Positions 20,450-31,700 are shown, counted from the stretch's first letter. The stretch is 64,000 nucleotides of DNA from an uncultured delta proteobacterium (GCA_963704165.1 CAVPHD010000003.1:384001-448000), one strand, 5' to 3'. Program-made: numbers and translations. Notes: generated from the letters alone by a model not told the origin.

Positions 20450-21757
20450 TCAAGCCCCGGCGAAGAACGCCCGGAGCACGCGAATCATCGGCGCCACGTC
20501 GGCCGTCCCGGCCAGCTCGCGACACGAGTGCATGGAGAGCATCGGGTTCCCGACGTCGACGGTGGGAATTCCCGTGCGCGCCGCGGTGATCGGCCCGATC
20601 GTCGAGCCGCACGGCTGGTCGTTTCGAGACGTGAAGTGCTGCGGCGCCACGCCCGCGCTCGCGCAGTGCGCGGCGAACTCCGCGGCCGTGACGGCGTCGG
20701 TCGCGTAGGACTGGTTCACGTTCGACTTGATCACCGGGCCGCGTCCCAGCACGGGCTTGTGGCCCGGCTCGTGCTTGTCGGCGAAGTTCGGGTGTACGGC
20801 GTGTGCCATGTCGGCCGACACGACCCGCGAGCGGGCGCGCGCGCGGGCGAGTCCCTGCTCGGCCCCTCCCTTGTAGGCAGCGACGATGCGCTCGAGCGTC
20901 TCGACGAGCAGGTTCCCGCCCGCGCCCTGCGCGCTCTCGCTACCGACCTCTTCGTGGTCGTAGAGCACGACCGCGCGCGTCGCCCGGCCGAGGTCGGGGC
21001 GCGCGCCGTCGTCCACCAGCGCCGACACCGCCGCGTGACACGAGGCCAGGTTGTCGAGCCGAGGGGCCGCGATGAACGCTCCGTCCGCGCCGATGACTTC
21101 CGAGCGCTGCACGTCGTAGAGCATCAGGTCGAAGGCCAGGACCGCATCCGGCGGGACGTCGGCGATCCTCTGCGCGCGAAGCTCGCTCGCGACGAGCGGC
21201 GCGAGCGCGAGGGAATCCTCGAGGCCGACGAGCGGCAGCGCGTGCGTCTGTGCGTTCAGCTGCAGGCCCTTCTCCTTCAGGTCTCGATTCAGGTGGATCG
21301 CCAGGCTCGGCACGCGCGCGAGCGGACGGCCGAAATCGAGCAGCACCGTGCGCAGGGCCGGGCCTTCGCGCAGCGTCACGCGCCCGGCGATCGAGAGATC
21401 GCGATCCAGCCAGGTGTGGAGCAGGAGTCCGCCGTAGGGCTCGACGGCGAGCTGGCGATAGCCGTGCGCGCTCGTGTCCGCGCAGGGCTTCAGCCGCAGG
21501 TTCGGCGAATCGGTGTGCGCGCCGACGATTCGAAAACCGCCGTCCACCGGCGACTCGCTCCCGACCGAGAACGCGACCAGGCTTCCGCCGTGGCGCACGA
21601 CCAGGCGCCGGTCGCCCGGCGCGAGGCTCCAGATCTCGCCCTCGGCGCAGTCGCGAAACCCCGCGGTGCGGAGCCGGCGAACGGCCTCGGCCACCGCGTG
21701 GTACGGCGTCGGTGAGGCGTCGATGAACGCGAGCAGATCGCGCGCGGCGTCCGACAT
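20450..21757 (-). CDS. apeB: M18 family aspartyl aminopeptidase
   Basis: SPTPYHA, GAHTDSP, WLDRDL, RLDNL, DHEEVGS, SADMAHA.HPN, CGSTIGP, LSMHSCRE. Confidence 0.93.
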   Translation of the reverse strand: MSDAARDLLAFIDASPTPYHAVAEAVRRLRTAGFRDCAEGEIWSLAPGDRRLVVRHGGSLVAFSVGSESPVDGGFRIVGAHTDSPNLRLKPCADTSAHGYRQLAVEPYGGLLLHTWLDRDLSIAGRVTLREGPALRTVLLDFGRPLARVPSLAIHLNRDLKEKGLQLNAQTHALPLVGLEDSLALAPLVASELRAQRIADVPPDAVLAFDLMLYDVQRSEVIGADGAFIAAPRLDNLASCHAAVSALVDDGARPDLGRATRAVVLYDHEEVGSESAQGAGGNLLVETLERIVAAYKGGAEQGLARARARSRVVSADMAHAVHPNFADKHEPGHKPVLGRGPVIKSNVNQSYATDAVTAAEFAAHCASAGVAPQHFTSRNDQPCGSTIGPITAARTGIPTVDVGNPMLSMHSCRELAGTADVAPMIRVLRAFFAGA

Positions 21758-21831
21758 GCGCGCGAGGGTAGCGGCCCCTCGGGTAGAATGCAGCGAGCCC
21801 GCATTCGCGAAGCGAGGGAGACCGGAACGTC

Positions 21832-23397
21832 ATGACCACCGTCGCCACCTTTGCCCAGAAGAACCCGGACAAGACCGCGCTGATCTACGGCGACGGCGAG
21901 CACGTAGAGAGCTACGGAGAGCTCGAGCTGCGCTCGCGGCGGATCGGCCACGTGCTGCGCCGGCTCGGGCTCGAGTTCGGCGACAGCGTGGCCGTGTACC
22001 TGGCCAACGACGATCAGTTCTTCGACATCTACTGGGCCTGCCACCGCACCGGTCTCTACTTCACGCCCGTGAACTGGCACCTGCAAGAGGACGAGATCCA
22101 GTACATCGTCGACAACAGCGACGCGAAGCTCCTGATCGCGCACGCGCGCTTCGGCGAGATCGCCGCGCGCGTCGCGGACCGGGCACCGAAGATCGTCGCG
22201 CGGGTCTCGATCGGCGGCGAGATCCCCGGCTTCCGCGAGCTCGACGACCTGCTCGCCGACGTGCCCGCGGACGCGCCGCTCGGCGAAGAGCTCGAGGGCT
22301 CGGTCATGCTCTACTCGTCCGGCACGACCGGAAAGCCGAAGGGCGTGCGCCGCCCGCTGCCGCGCGTGCCCGCGGGTCATCCGTCCGTCCTCGCCGGCAT
22401 CGTCGGACTCACCGCGCTCTTCGGCATCTCCGAGAGCGACCGCTATCTCACCCCCGCACCGCTCTACCACGCCGCGCCGATCGGCTTCACGTCCGCGATG
22501 ATGCGGATCGGCGCGACCGCGATCATCATGCGCCGCTTCGACCCCGAGGACGCGCTGCGCATCATCGCGAACCAGAGGATCACCGCGTCGCAGTGGGTGC
22601 CGACGCACTTCCGCCGGCTCGTCACGCTGCCGGAATCGACGCGGGCGAAGTTCGATCTCTCCAGCCTGCGCGTCGCCGTCCACGCCGCCGCGCCCTGCCC
22701 CATCCCGTTGAAGGAGCAGATGATCGAATGGTGGGGGGACGCGATCGTCGAGTACTACGCCGGGACCGAGGGCGGAGGCACGCTGATCCGCGCGCAGGAG
22801 TGGCTCACGCACAAAGGTTCCGTCGGGCGGCACTGGGCCGGTGGTGTCGTGCACATCCTCGACGAGGACGGCAACGAGATCGACGAGCCTGACAAGGAGG
22901 GCGCGATCTACTTCGAGGCTCCCGCCGACGTCGCCGCGCGCTTCTCGTACCACAAGGACGCCCAGAAGACCGCGTCCACCTACCGCGGCAACCTCTTCAC
23001 GATCGGCGACATCGGCTACAAGGACGCCGAAGGCTACGTCTACCTGACCGACCGGCAGTCCAACATGATCATCTCGGGGGGGGTGAACATCTACCCGCAG
23101 GAGACCGAGAGCCACCTCGTGATGCACCCGAAGGTCGCCGACGTCGCCGTGATCGGAATTCCCCATGATGACCTCGGCGAGGAAGTGAAGGCCATCGTGG
23201 TTCCCGCCGCGGGAGTCGTTCCCGGACCCGATCTCGAGCGCGAGCTGATCGCCTTCTGCCGCGACCACATCGCCCACTACAAGTGCCCGCGCACGATCGA
23301 CTTCGCGATCGAGGTCCCCCGCACCGAGACCGGCAAGATGGCCAAGCGCAAGCTCCGCGAGAAGTACTGGGCCGGACACGCGAGCCGGATCGTGTAA
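21832..23397 (+). CDS. Acyl-CoA synthetase (AMP-binding)
   Basis: YSSGTTGKPKG, PLYHAAP, EYYAGTE, GDIGY, DRQSNMIISGGVNIYP, TGK. Confidence 0.93.
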   Translation: MTTVATFAQKNPDKTALIYGDGEHVESYGELELRSRRIGHVLRRLGLEFGDSVAVYLANDDQFFDIYWACHRTGLYFTPVNWHLQEDEIQYIVDNSDAKLLIAHARFGEIAARVADRAPKIVARVSIGGEIPGFRELDDLLADVPADAPLGEELEGSVMLYSSGTTGKPKGVRRPLPRVPAGHPSVLAGIVGLTALFGISESDRYLTPAPLYHAAPIGFTSAMMRIGATAIIMRRFDPEDALRIIANQRITASQWVPTHFRRLVTLPESTRAKFDLSSLRVAVHAAAPCPIPLKEQMIEWWGDAIVEYYAGTEGGGTLIRAQEWLTHKGSVGRHWAGGVVHILDEDGNEIDEPDKEGAIYFEAPADVAARFSYHKDAQKTASTYRGNLFTIGDIGYKDAEGYVYLTDRQSNMIISGGVNIYPQETESHLVMHPKVADVAVIGIPHDDLGEEVKAIVVPAAGVVPGPDLERELIAFCRDHIAHYKCPRTIDFAIEVPRTETGKMAKRKLREKYWAGHASRIV

Positions 23398-23442
23398 TAC
23401 GACGAGAGCATCTGGACCCTCGCGGGATGGGAGTCGTTCGAA

Positions 23443-25897
23443 ATGAGCCCGAGCGCCGGCACTCCGCGGTACACGTTGCCCTTCTCGGACATCGGCATCG
23501 ACGACGTCCCGCGCGTCGGCGGCAAGAGCGCATCGCTCGGAGAGATGATCCGCGAGCTTTCGGCGCGCGGCGTGCGCGTACCCGATGGCTTCGCGCTCAC
23601 CGCCAATGCGTTCCGGCTGCACCTGGCACGCGCGGGAATCGAGGACGAGATCTACGGCGCGCTCGCGGCGCTCGACGTCGAAGACACGCGCGCGCTCGAA
23701 CGAACGGGAGCCGACCTGAGAACCCGGGTGCGCTCGGCTCCGCTGCCGGATGAAGTCGCGGCCGAGCTTCGGTCCGCTTACACGGACCTGTGTCGATCGG
23801 CCGGCGTGGACGCGGGCGCCTCGACCGGCGCCGACGTCGCGGTCCGCTCGAGCGCCACGGCCGAAGACCTGCCGACCGCCTCCTTCGCCGGACAACAGGA
23901 GACGTACCTGAACATCCGGGGGTTCGCGGCCCTCGACGCGGCCGTGCGCGCGTGCATGGCGTCGCTTTTCACCGACCGGGCCATCGTCTACCGCAGGCAC
24001 GCCGGATTCGAGCACCGTTCGGTTGCGCTCTCGGTCGGCGTCCAGCGGATGGTGCGGTCCGATCGCGCCTGCGCCGGAACGATGTTCACGCTCGACACCG
24101 AGAGCGGCGCGCGTTCCGTGGTGATCATCGACGGCGCCTGGGGTCTCGGCGAGACGGTCGTGCAGGGCCGCGTCAACCCGGACGAGTTCTGGGTGCACAA
24201 GGCGACGGCCCGCGCCGGACATCGCTCGATCGTGCGGCGGCAGATCGGCGAGAAGGCCGTGAAGCTGGTCTACGCGGACCCGAGCGGCGCGGGAGCGGCG
24301 GGCTCGCGCTCGGTGCGCGAGGTGCGCGTCCCGGCGGAAGACCGCGCCCGCCCCGTGCTCGGCGACGACGAGGTTCTCGAGCTTTCGCGCTGGGCCATGA
24401 TCATCGAGGAGCACTACTCCACGCGCGCGGGCCAGGACACGCCGATGGACATCGAGTGGGCCAAGGACGGCGACACCGGCGAGCTCTTCATCGTTCAGGC
24501 GCGTCCGGAGACCGTGCACAGCCAGCGATCGGCGCCCGGTGATCGAGATGTACCGGATCGAGAGCGCGGGGACGCCCACTCGTGACCGGCAAGAGCGTCG
24601 GAAGCAAGATCGCGAGCGGCGCGGTGAAGGTCGTGCGCTCGAGCGCGGATCTTCACGACTTCCCCCGGGCGAGCGTGCTCGTCGCGCCGATGACCGACCC
24701 CGACTGGGAGCCGGTCCTCGCGCGCGCCGCCGCCGTCGTCACCGACCAGGGCGGACGAACCTGCCACGCCGCGATCGTCTCGCGCGAGCTCGGACTGCCG
24801 TGCGTCGTCGGCCCGGCGTGGCTACGGAGGTTCTGTCCGACGGTCAGCGAGGTGACGGTCTCGTGCGCCGAGGGCGACGTCGGCCGGATCTACGACGGAC
24901 GCGTCGCCTTCGAGAAGCGACGAGATCGACCCGACGTCGCTGCCCGACGCCGCGCGTCCCGCTGATGTTCAACCTCGCCAACCCCGAGCGCGCGTTCCAG
25001 CTCGCGCCAGCTGCCCGGCGTCGGGCGTCGGCCTGATGCGCATCGAGTTCCTGGTCTCGAACTGGATCGGCGTGCACCCGATGGCGCTCGTTCACCCCGA
25101 GCGGGTCGCCGACCCGAAGGAGCGCGCCGAGATCCGCCGCCGGGCCGCCGGGCACGCCTCGCTCCCGGAGTTCTTCGTCGCGCGCCTCGCCGAGGGCGTG
25201 GCGCAGATCGGCGCGGCGTTCCACCCGCGACCGGTGATCGTCCGCTTCAGCGACTTCAAGACCAACGAGTACGCGGGGCTCCTGGGCGGCGCGGCGTTCG
25301 AGCCGGAGGAAGCGAATCCGATGATCGGCTTCCGCGGCGCCTCGCGCTACTACGACGAGCGCTACCGCGAGGGCTTCGCACTCGAATGCGCGGCGATCCG
25401 CCGCGTTCGCGACGAGATGGGACTGATCCAACGTGATGGTGATGATCCCCTTCTGTCGCACGCTCGGCGAAGGTCGCGCGCGTGCTGGCCGAGATGGCGA
25501 AGCACGGCCTGTCGCGCGGCGACGACGGGCTGGAGGTCTACGTCATGTGCGAGATCCCCAACAACGTGATCCTCGCCGAGGAGTTCAGCGATCTCTTCGA
25601 CGGCTTCTCGATCGGATCCAACGACCTGACGCAGCTGACGCTCGGCGTCGACCGCGACTCCGAGCTGCTGACGCACCTCTTCGACGAGCGCGACCCCGGG
25701 GTCAAGCGGATGATCGAGACCGTCGTCGGAAGCCGCTCACCGCAAGGGCCGGCAAGGTCGGCATCTGCGGCGAGGCGCCGAGCAACTACCCGGACTTCGC
25801 CGCGTGGCTCGTGGAGATCGGCATCGACTCGATGTCGCTCAACCCCGACGCGCTCCTGGGAGTCGCCAAGAGGATCGCGCGGAACGGACCGGGCTGA
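23443..25897 (+). CDS. ppsA: Phosphoenolpyruvate synthase, multiply frameshifted after ~24535 (sequence error or pseudogene)
   Basis: [60 protein letters not shown] (phospho-His), [38 protein letters not shown], spread over several track ORFs. Confidence 0.9.
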
Positions 25898-25907
25898 CCC
25901 GAGTCGG

Positions 25908-26510
25908 CTAGACCCGCTCGGAGGCCTTCTCGACGTAGAAGCGCACCAGTTCGAAGCGGTCGTTGCCCCAGAACATCTCGTCGCCGACGAAGAGGGTCGG
26001 CACGCCGAAGACGCCGCGTTCGATCGCGGTCTCCGTGTCGCGCGAGAGGCGCGCTTCGAGCTCGGGGGTGCGCGCGCGCGCGAGGACGGTGTCAGGGTCG
26101 AGACCCGCGCTCGCGATCAGCTCTTCGAGCACGGACTCCTGCGACAGGTCCCGGGCGCGCGCCCAGCGGGCGCGATAGGTCGGGTAGTGAAACTCGCGGA
26201 ACTTGCCGAGATCCTTCGCGACCAGTGCACAGCGCAGCGCGAGCGAAGTGTCGGTCTTGCGCAGGGCGCGCGCGTCAGGAGAGATCTCGGCGCCGATCGC
26301 TTCGGCCCAGTGCCGGATGTCGTTCGTGTAGTTCGCCTGCTTTCGCGGGCCGAGCTCGGGCGGCTTGCCGACACCCGGCTCGACCAGGCGGCGCAGGTAC
26401 ACGGGCCGGAACTCGATCTCGACGCCGAGGTCCCGGAAGTACGCCTCGGCACGACAGCTGCCGAGATAGGCCCACGGACACGCGTAGTCGAAGTAGAGAG
26501 ATAGCTCCAT
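25908..26510 (-). CDS. 2-hydroxychromene-2-carboxylate isomerase / DsbA (GST-kappa) family
   Basis: [32 protein letters not shown]. Confidence 0.88.
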   Translation of the reverse strand: MELSLYFDYACPWAYLGSCRAEAYFRDLGVEIEFRPVYLRRLVEPGVGKPPELGPRKQANYTNDIRHWAEAIGAEISPDARALRKTDTSLALRCALVAKDLGKFREFHYPTYRARWARARDLSQESVLEELIASAGLDPDTVLARARTPELEARLSRDTETAIERGVFGVPTLFVGDEMFWGNDRFELVRFYVEKASERV

Positions 26511-26536
26511 GGCTTGCAGCGTATCATGCGCCGCGA

Positions 26537-27646
26537 ATGCAACTCGACTTCTCCGAGCTCGAGCGCGAGATGGCGCGCCAGATCGAATCGGGCCTGCGTC
26601 CCTCGATCCAGATCGCGGTGGACGTCCGCGGCGAGCTCGTCTTCGAGCGCGCGATCGGCGAGGGCGCGAGCGTCGATTCGACCTACGTGCTCTGGAGCTC
26701 GACCAAGCCGATCGTCGCGGTCGCGCTGCTCTCGCTCGTCGAGGAAGGCCGCGCCGCGCTCGACGACCGCGTCTCGAAGCACATCCCCGAGTTCGGGCAA
26801 CGCGGCAAGGAGCGCTGCACGATCCTGCACCTGCTGACGCATCGCGGTGGCTTCCCCGACTCGGTACCCGAGACGCGTCGGGCCTTGTTTCGCATCGCGC
26901 GCGACTGGGAAGCGAGCCTCGCATTCGTCTGCGAGATGGAAGCGCTTTGGGAGCCGGGCACCGACCGCGGCTACCACCCGCTCTCGGCCTGGTTCATCGC
27001 CGGCGAGCTGGTCCAGCGGCTCGATGGACGACCGCTCGGGGACGCGGTCTTCGCGCGCGTGCTCGAGCCGCTCGGCGTGCCACGCGACGGCTTTTCGCTG
27101 GGCCGGCCGCAGGACCTGGCCGCCGCACCGATGACGGTTCGCACGCGCGGTTCGAAGGGCGCGCCGACCGAGGGCGAGGCCGCGTACTGGAGCGATTCGC
27201 GCACCCACGCGGCGGTGATTCCGGGCGCGGGCGGGATCGCGCGCGCGCGCACGCTCACCGCGTTCTACCGGGCGCTACTCGACGGGGGGCGCGGAAGGAA
27301 CGGCCGGATCCTCTCGGCCGAGATGGTCCGCACCGCCACGTTCCCCCACGTCGTCGGCACGCGCGACCGCACGATGCTTCGCGACATGCCCTGGGGCCTC
27401 GGCATGCACCTGAAGCACGTGCTGCCGTCGGTCGACGACTGCGGGCGGCGCGCGACGCCGGGCACCTTCGGTCACGGCGGGCACTTCCTGGTCAACACCG
27501 GCTGGGGCGATCCGGGCCGCGACGTCGCGGCCGCGATCCTCTCCAACGGCCTCGCCGAATCGATGTCGGGAATGCGCGCGGTCTGCGCGCTCTCGGACGC
27601 GATCCACGTCGCCGTCGATCGGGCGACGGGGGCAGCTCGCAGCTAG
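26537..27646 (+). CDS. Serine hydrolase, beta-lactamase-like family
   Basis: WSSTK (SxxK), LLTHRGG, WEPG..GYH, FGHGG. Confidence 0.88.
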   Translation: MQLDFSELEREMARQIESGLRPSIQIAVDVRGELVFERAIGEGASVDSTYVLWSSTKPIVAVALLSLVEEGRAALDDRVSKHIPEFGQRGKERCTILHLLTHRGGFPDSVPETRRALFRIARDWEASLAFVCEMEALWEPGTDRGYHPLSAWFIAGELVQRLDGRPLGDAVFARVLEPLGVPRDGFSLGRPQDLAAAPMTVRTRGSKGAPTEGEAAYWSDSRTHAAVIPGAGGIARARTLTAFYRALLDGGRGRNGRILSAEMVRTATFPHVVGTRDRTMLRDMPWGLGMHLKHVLPSVDDCGRRATPGTFGHGGHFLVNTGWGDPGRDVAAAILSNGLAESMSGMRAVCALSDAIHVAVDRATGAARS

Positions 27647-27655
27647 AATGCGGAA

Positions 27656-28213
27656 ATGCGGACGAGCGAGATCGCACCGGGACTTCTCTTGGCGATGCCG
27701 CAGCTCGACGATCCGAACTTCGCGCGCGCGGTCGTGTTGATGATCCAGCACAACGACGAGGGATCGTTCGGCATCGTCCTGAACCGGCCGAGCGAGACGC
27801 CGGTGATCGAGGTGATGTCGCCGCTCGGCCTGCGCTGGCGCGGCGATCCGGAAGCCGTGCTCTGGGTTGGCGGTCCGGTCGCACCGGAATCCGGCTGGCT
27901 CCTGCACGAGCCGAGCGCCGCGGTCTCGGGCGAGGGCACCGTGGACGTGGCCGACGGGATCGCGCTCTCGACCGCACCCGAGCACTTCCGCACGCTGGTC
28001 GAGAAGCCGCCGCGAAGGCTGCGTTTCTTCGCAGGCTACGCGGGCTGGGGTGCGCAACAGCTCGAGAGCGAGCTCGCGCAGGGTGCGTGGCTCACCGCCG
28101 ACGTCACGCCCGCGCTGATCTTCGACACGCCCGCGGAGAAGATGTGGGACTCGGCGCTGCGCTCGCTCGGCATCGACCCGAGCTCGCTCGTCCCCGGCGT
28201 CGGCGTGCACTGA
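27656..28213 (+). CDS. YqgE/AlgH family protein
   Basis: LLLAMPQLDDPNF..GIVLNRP..GGPV..GYAGWGAQQLE.EL..W. Confidence 0.92.
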   Translation: MRTSEIAPGLLLAMPQLDDPNFARAVVLMIQHNDEGSFGIVLNRPSETPVIEVMSPLGLRWRGDPEAVLWVGGPVAPESGWLLHEPSAAVSGEGTVDVADGIALSTAPEHFRTLVEKPPRRLRFFAGYAGWGAQQLESELAQGAWLTADVTPALIFDTPAEKMWDSALRSLGIDPSSLVPGVGVH

Positions 28214-28229
28214 CGCGCGCTTCTCGAGC

Positions 28230-29123
28230 TCAAGCGAGCAGCCGCTTCAAGGCTTGCTCGATCTCGCGGTCGCCGAAGACGTAGCCGCTGCGTTCGAGCT
28301 TGCAGGACGACACCCGCGCGCCGCCGAGCAGGAGCTCGTCGGCGGCCTTGCCGAGCGCGAGCCGCAGGACCGAGGCCGGAACGCGCAGGAGGGCGGGAAG
28401 GCCGAGCGCGCGCGCGATCGCCTGGGTGAACTCGGAGTTCGTGACCGGGGCCGGCGCGACCGCATTCACGGGTCCGGAGACCGTGGGTGACAAGGCGCAG
28501 TGTCGGAGCACGCCGACCACGTCGTCGAGCGTGATCCAGGAAACGTACTGCGAGCCGCTGCCGAGCCTTCCGCCTAGACCGAAGCGAAAGGGCACGAGCA
28601 TCGCCCGGAGTGCGCCGCCGGACGGATCGAGCACGACGCCGATGCGGACGTTCACCACGCGAAGACCCGCTTCGCGCGCGGCGGCGCAGGCGCGCTCCCA
28701 CTCCACGCAGACCTCGGGGAGGAAGCCGTGGCCGGGGCGGCTCGTCTCGTCGAGCCACTCGCCGCCGCGATCACCGTAGTAGCCGATCGCCGAGGCGGCC
28801 ACGAGCGCGGGCTTCGACGCGAGCCGCGCGAGCGTCGATGCGACCAGCCGCGTGGTCACGGTCCGGCTCTCGAGAATCCTGCGCTTGCGCGCGGGCGACC
28901 ACCTTCCCGACGCAATGCTCTCCCCCGACAGGTGCACCAGGGCGTCGGTCCCCTCGAGCGCGGCGGGATCGAGCTGGCTGCGCGCGGGATCCCAGAGCAC
29001 TTCGTCCGGACCCGCGGGCGCGCGGCGCACGAGCCGGACGACCTCGTGCCCGTCGGCGCGCAGAACCTCGCAGAGCCGCCGGCCGACCAGGCCCGACGCG
29101 CCGGTGATCGCGATCCTCGCCAC
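28230..29123 (-). CDS. TIGR01777 family (YfcH-like) NAD-dependent epimerase/oxidoreductase
   Basis: ITGASGLVG, SAIGYYG, WE, RIGVVL, GGRLGSGSQYVSWI, GPVNAVAP. Confidence 0.9.
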   Translation of the reverse strand: MARIAITGASGLVGRRLCEVLRADGHEVVRLVRRAPAGPDEVLWDPARSQLDPAALEGTDALVHLSGESIASGRWSPARKRRILESRTVTTRLVASTLARLASKPALVAASAIGYYGDRGGEWLDETSRPGHGFLPEVCVEWERACAAAREAGLRVVNVRIGVVLDPSGGALRAMLVPFRFGLGGRLGSGSQYVSWITLDDVVGVLRHCALSPTVSGPVNAVAPAPVTNSEFTQAIARALGLPALLRVPASVLRLALGKAADELLLGGARVSSCKLERSGYVFGDREIEQALKRLLA

Positions 29124-29175
29124 GTCGGGTCCTCCTCGACGCGGTAGAATGGCGAAAATCTCCGGAGGAATCCCG

Positions 29176-30141
29176 ATGAAGAGCTTCGCTGGCAAACTTG
29201 CGGTGATCACGGGCGGTGCCAGTGGCATGGGCCGCGAGCTCGCGATCGCCCTCGCGAGCGAGGGCTGCCACGTCGCGCTCTGTGACGTCTCCGAGGAGCC
29301 GATGGCGCAGACGAAGGCGCTCGCGCTCGCGCAGGCACCGACGGGGGTGCGCGTGACCACGCACCTCGCGGACGTCTCCGAGGAGCGGCAGGTGACCGCG
29401 TTCCGCGCCGAGGTGGCTTCCGCACACCAGTCGAAGCAGATCGACCTGCTCTTCAACAACGCGGGCATCGGCGGCGGTGGCAGCTTCGTCCTCGACGACC
29501 GCGAGGAATGGGACAAGACCTTCGGCGTGTGCTGGAACGGCGTGTACTTCTGCACGCGCGCGTTCATGCCCATGCTGCTCGCGAGCCGCGACGCCCATCT
29601 GATCAACACCAGCAGCGTGAACGGTTTCTGGGCATCGCTCGGCCCGCGCTCGGCGCACACCGCGTACAGCGCGGCCAAGTTCGCCGTCAAGGGATTCACC
29701 GAAGCACTCGTCAACGACCTCCGCAACAACGCCCCACACGTGAAGGTGTCGCTCGTGATGCCCGGCCACATCGGCACCGGCATCGTGATCAACTCGAACC
29801 GGATTCTCGGACGCGACCCGAAGGAGATGACCGACGCGCAGCTCGAAGAGGCACGCGAGCGGATCGAGCGGATGGGCTATCCGCTCGGCGAGGCATCGAA
29901 CGAGCAGCTCCGACAGGGCTTGCAGATGATCGGCGAGACCTTCCGCGACGGCGCACCGATGACGGCCGCCGCGGCCGCGAAGGTGATCCTCGACGGCGTG
30001 CGCGAGGAGCGCTGGCGGATCCTGGTCGGGGACGACGCGGCCGTGCTCGATCGGCTCGTCCGCGAGACGCCGGAAGAGGCCTACGAGGAGACCTTCATGG
30101 AGCGACTGCGGACGCAGACGCCCTGGGCGCTCGGGCAATAG
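29176..30141 (+). CDS. Short-chain dehydrogenase/reductase
   Basis: TGGASGMG, NNAG, NTSS, YSAAK; GGAGG RBS. Confidence 0.92.
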   Translation: MKSFAGKLAVITGGASGMGRELAIALASEGCHVALCDVSEEPMAQTKALALAQAPTGVRVTTHLADVSEERQVTAFRAEVASAHQSKQIDLLFNNAGIGGGGSFVLDDREEWDKTFGVCWNGVYFCTRAFMPMLLASRDAHLINTSSVNGFWASLGPRSAHTAYSAAKFAVKGFTEALVNDLRNNAPHVKVSLVMPGHIGTGIVINSNRILGRDPKEMTDAQLEEARERIERMGYPLGEASNEQLRQGLQMIGETFRDGAPMTAAAAAKVILDGVREERWRILVGDDAAVLDRLVRETPEEAYEETFMERLRTQTPWALGQ

Positions 30142-30190
30142 CCGGGACCCCGGCCCCTCCGAACGAACAGAGCGGAATCGCACTTCGATC

Positions 30191-30982
30191 GTGACCTTCG
30201 GTCCAATGCGTGTTATTGCATCGCGCGTGGCAACACATGTGCCTCGTACGCGGGTCTACCTGACCGTGCTCACCGTCCTGTCGGTTCTGTTCGTGGCGGG
30301 GACCGGCCGGTCCGAAGGCGAGATGCCCGCGGTCAGCCTCGCTCCCCAGCCGGCCTCCTATCTCGTGAAGCCCCCGGCTCCGGTGATTCCCGTTCGGGAG
30401 CGCGAAGTCTGGTTCCGCGACGCATGGAACGTGCGCATCAACGCCGGCTACGCGACGGACGACAGCCTGGGGAACATCCTGGGCGGAGGCGTCGAGGTCG
30501 ACAGCGGCAACCAGAGCCTGATCGGAATCGACTTCGGGCGCCCGCTGGTCGACGACTGGCGGGATTGGCCGATCGACTTCGCCTGGCGGCTCGGCTTGCA
30601 GCGCTATCTCGACAGCGGCGCGGGTGCGAGCGGCTTCGCCCAGACCGCCTATCTCAAGATGTACTGGCGGCCGTTTCCATGGGAGCGGATGGTCAGCACG
30701 CGTATCGGCGTCGGCGAGGGCATCTCCTACGCATGGCGCGTGCCCGAGGTGGAGCGCGAGTACGCTCGGCGTCACGACGACGAGACCTCGCGGCTCATGA
30801 ACTACCTGGACGTGAGCGTCGATGTGAACATCGGCGACGTGATCCGCAACGAGAAGGCACGCGCGTGCACACTGGGACTCGTCATCTCGCATCGATCGGG
30901 CGTATTCGGCCTGGTCGACATCTTCGGGAACGTCAACAACGGCTCGAACTACAACACCGCAGCAGTCGAGTGCGGCTTCTAG
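30191..30982 (+). CDS. Outer-membrane beta-barrel protein (PagL/acyloxyacyl-hydrolase-like); start uncertain
   Basis: Amphipathic strands, GEGISYA, LMNYLD, SHRSGVFG..GSNY, C-terminal Phe. Confidence 0.65.
   Translation: MTFGPMRVIASRVATHVPRTRVYLTVLTVLSVLFVAGTGRSEGEMPAVSLAPQPASYLVKPPAPVIPVREREVWFRDAWNVRINAGYATDDSLGNILGGGVEVDSGNQSLIGIDFGRPLVDDWRDWPIDFAWRLGLQRYLDSGAGASGFAQTAYLKMYWRPFPWERMVSTRIGVGEGISYAWRVPEVEREYARRHDDETSRLMNYLDVSVDVNIGDVIRNEKARACTLGLVISHRSGVFGLVDIFGNVNNGSNYNTAAVECGF
30228..30243 (+). promoter_or_regulatory. Possible sigma54 promoter
   Basis: TGGCAACACATGTGCC (GG-N10-GC) in a locally AT-richer patch; it would imply a start downstream of 30191 (e.g. GTG 30266). Confidence 0.3.
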
Positions 30983-31308
30983 CGCCTCGCCTGCTCCTGG
31001 TTCTCGCGCTGGTCACCACCACCGCGTGCTCGTCGGGCTGGATCGACCTGAGTCCGATCCCACGGCCCGGTTACGTGAAGCTCGGTCCCGCCGAAGGAGA
31101 GGGGTGCGCGACGTACCTCCTCGCGCTGCCCTGGCATCAGTTTCTCGGCCTGGGCGTGAACGATCGACTCGTGCGCGCACGCGAGGCGGCGATCGCGAGC
31201 GTCCCCGATGCGACGGGGTTGGTCGGCGTGACGCTCCAGGAGCGGTGGTTCTACTGGGGTCTGTTCAGCCGCCGTTGCGCAATCGTGCGCGGCGAGGCGA
31301 TCCGATGA
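30970..31308 (+). CDS. Small lipoprotein (TRL-like) 1
   Basis: Lipobox TTAC-S; GEGC..ERW..C; paralogous to the next gene. Confidence 0.65.
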   Translation: MRLLAPRLLLVLALVTTTACSSGWIDLSPIPRPGYVKLGPAEGEGCATYLLALPWHQFLGLGVNDRLVRAREAAIASVPDATGLVGVTLQERWFYWGLFSRRCAIVRGEAIR

Positions 31309-31700
31309 GCGCGCGGCTCGTACGCGGCTCGTCGCTCGCGCTGCTCGCGTGGCTCCTGGCGGCGTGCGCGGGAACACCGGCGATGCTCGGCCCGCGCGAG
31401 CCCATCGTCTACGACCCGAACGATCGCATCGATTACTCCGCGACCGAGTGTGGCGCGCAGGTGATGATCCTCCTCCCGATCCAGACCAACGATCGGCTCC
31501 CGCGCGCGATGGCGCTGATCGAGAAGCGCGCCGGAGATCGCTACATCGCGAGTGTCCGCGTGCGGGAGCGCTGGACCTATCTCGTCTTCGGCGAGATCAT
31601 GTGCACCGACGTCGTCGCGGCGACCTTCGGCCGACCGAACGCCGCCGACCCCTCGCCGGCGGCGGACGCGCACCCCGCGGATTCCTCGCCGGCGAAGTGA
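31305..31700 (+). CDS. Small lipoprotein (TRL-like) 2
   Basis: Lipobox LAAC-A; ATEC..NDRL.RA..ERW..C; ATGA overlap. Confidence 0.65.
   Translation: MSARLVRGSSLALLAWLLAACAGTPAMLGPREPIVYDPNDRIDYSATECGAQVMILLPIQTNDRLPRAMALIEKRAGDRYIASVRVRERWTYLVFGEIMCTDVVAATFGRPNAADPSPAADAHPADSSPAK

Noticed and set aside
23443..25897. Programmed frameshifting or phase variation in ppsA and other broken genes
   Set aside because: Too many shifts per gene, and no consistent slippery heptamer or long repeat tract.
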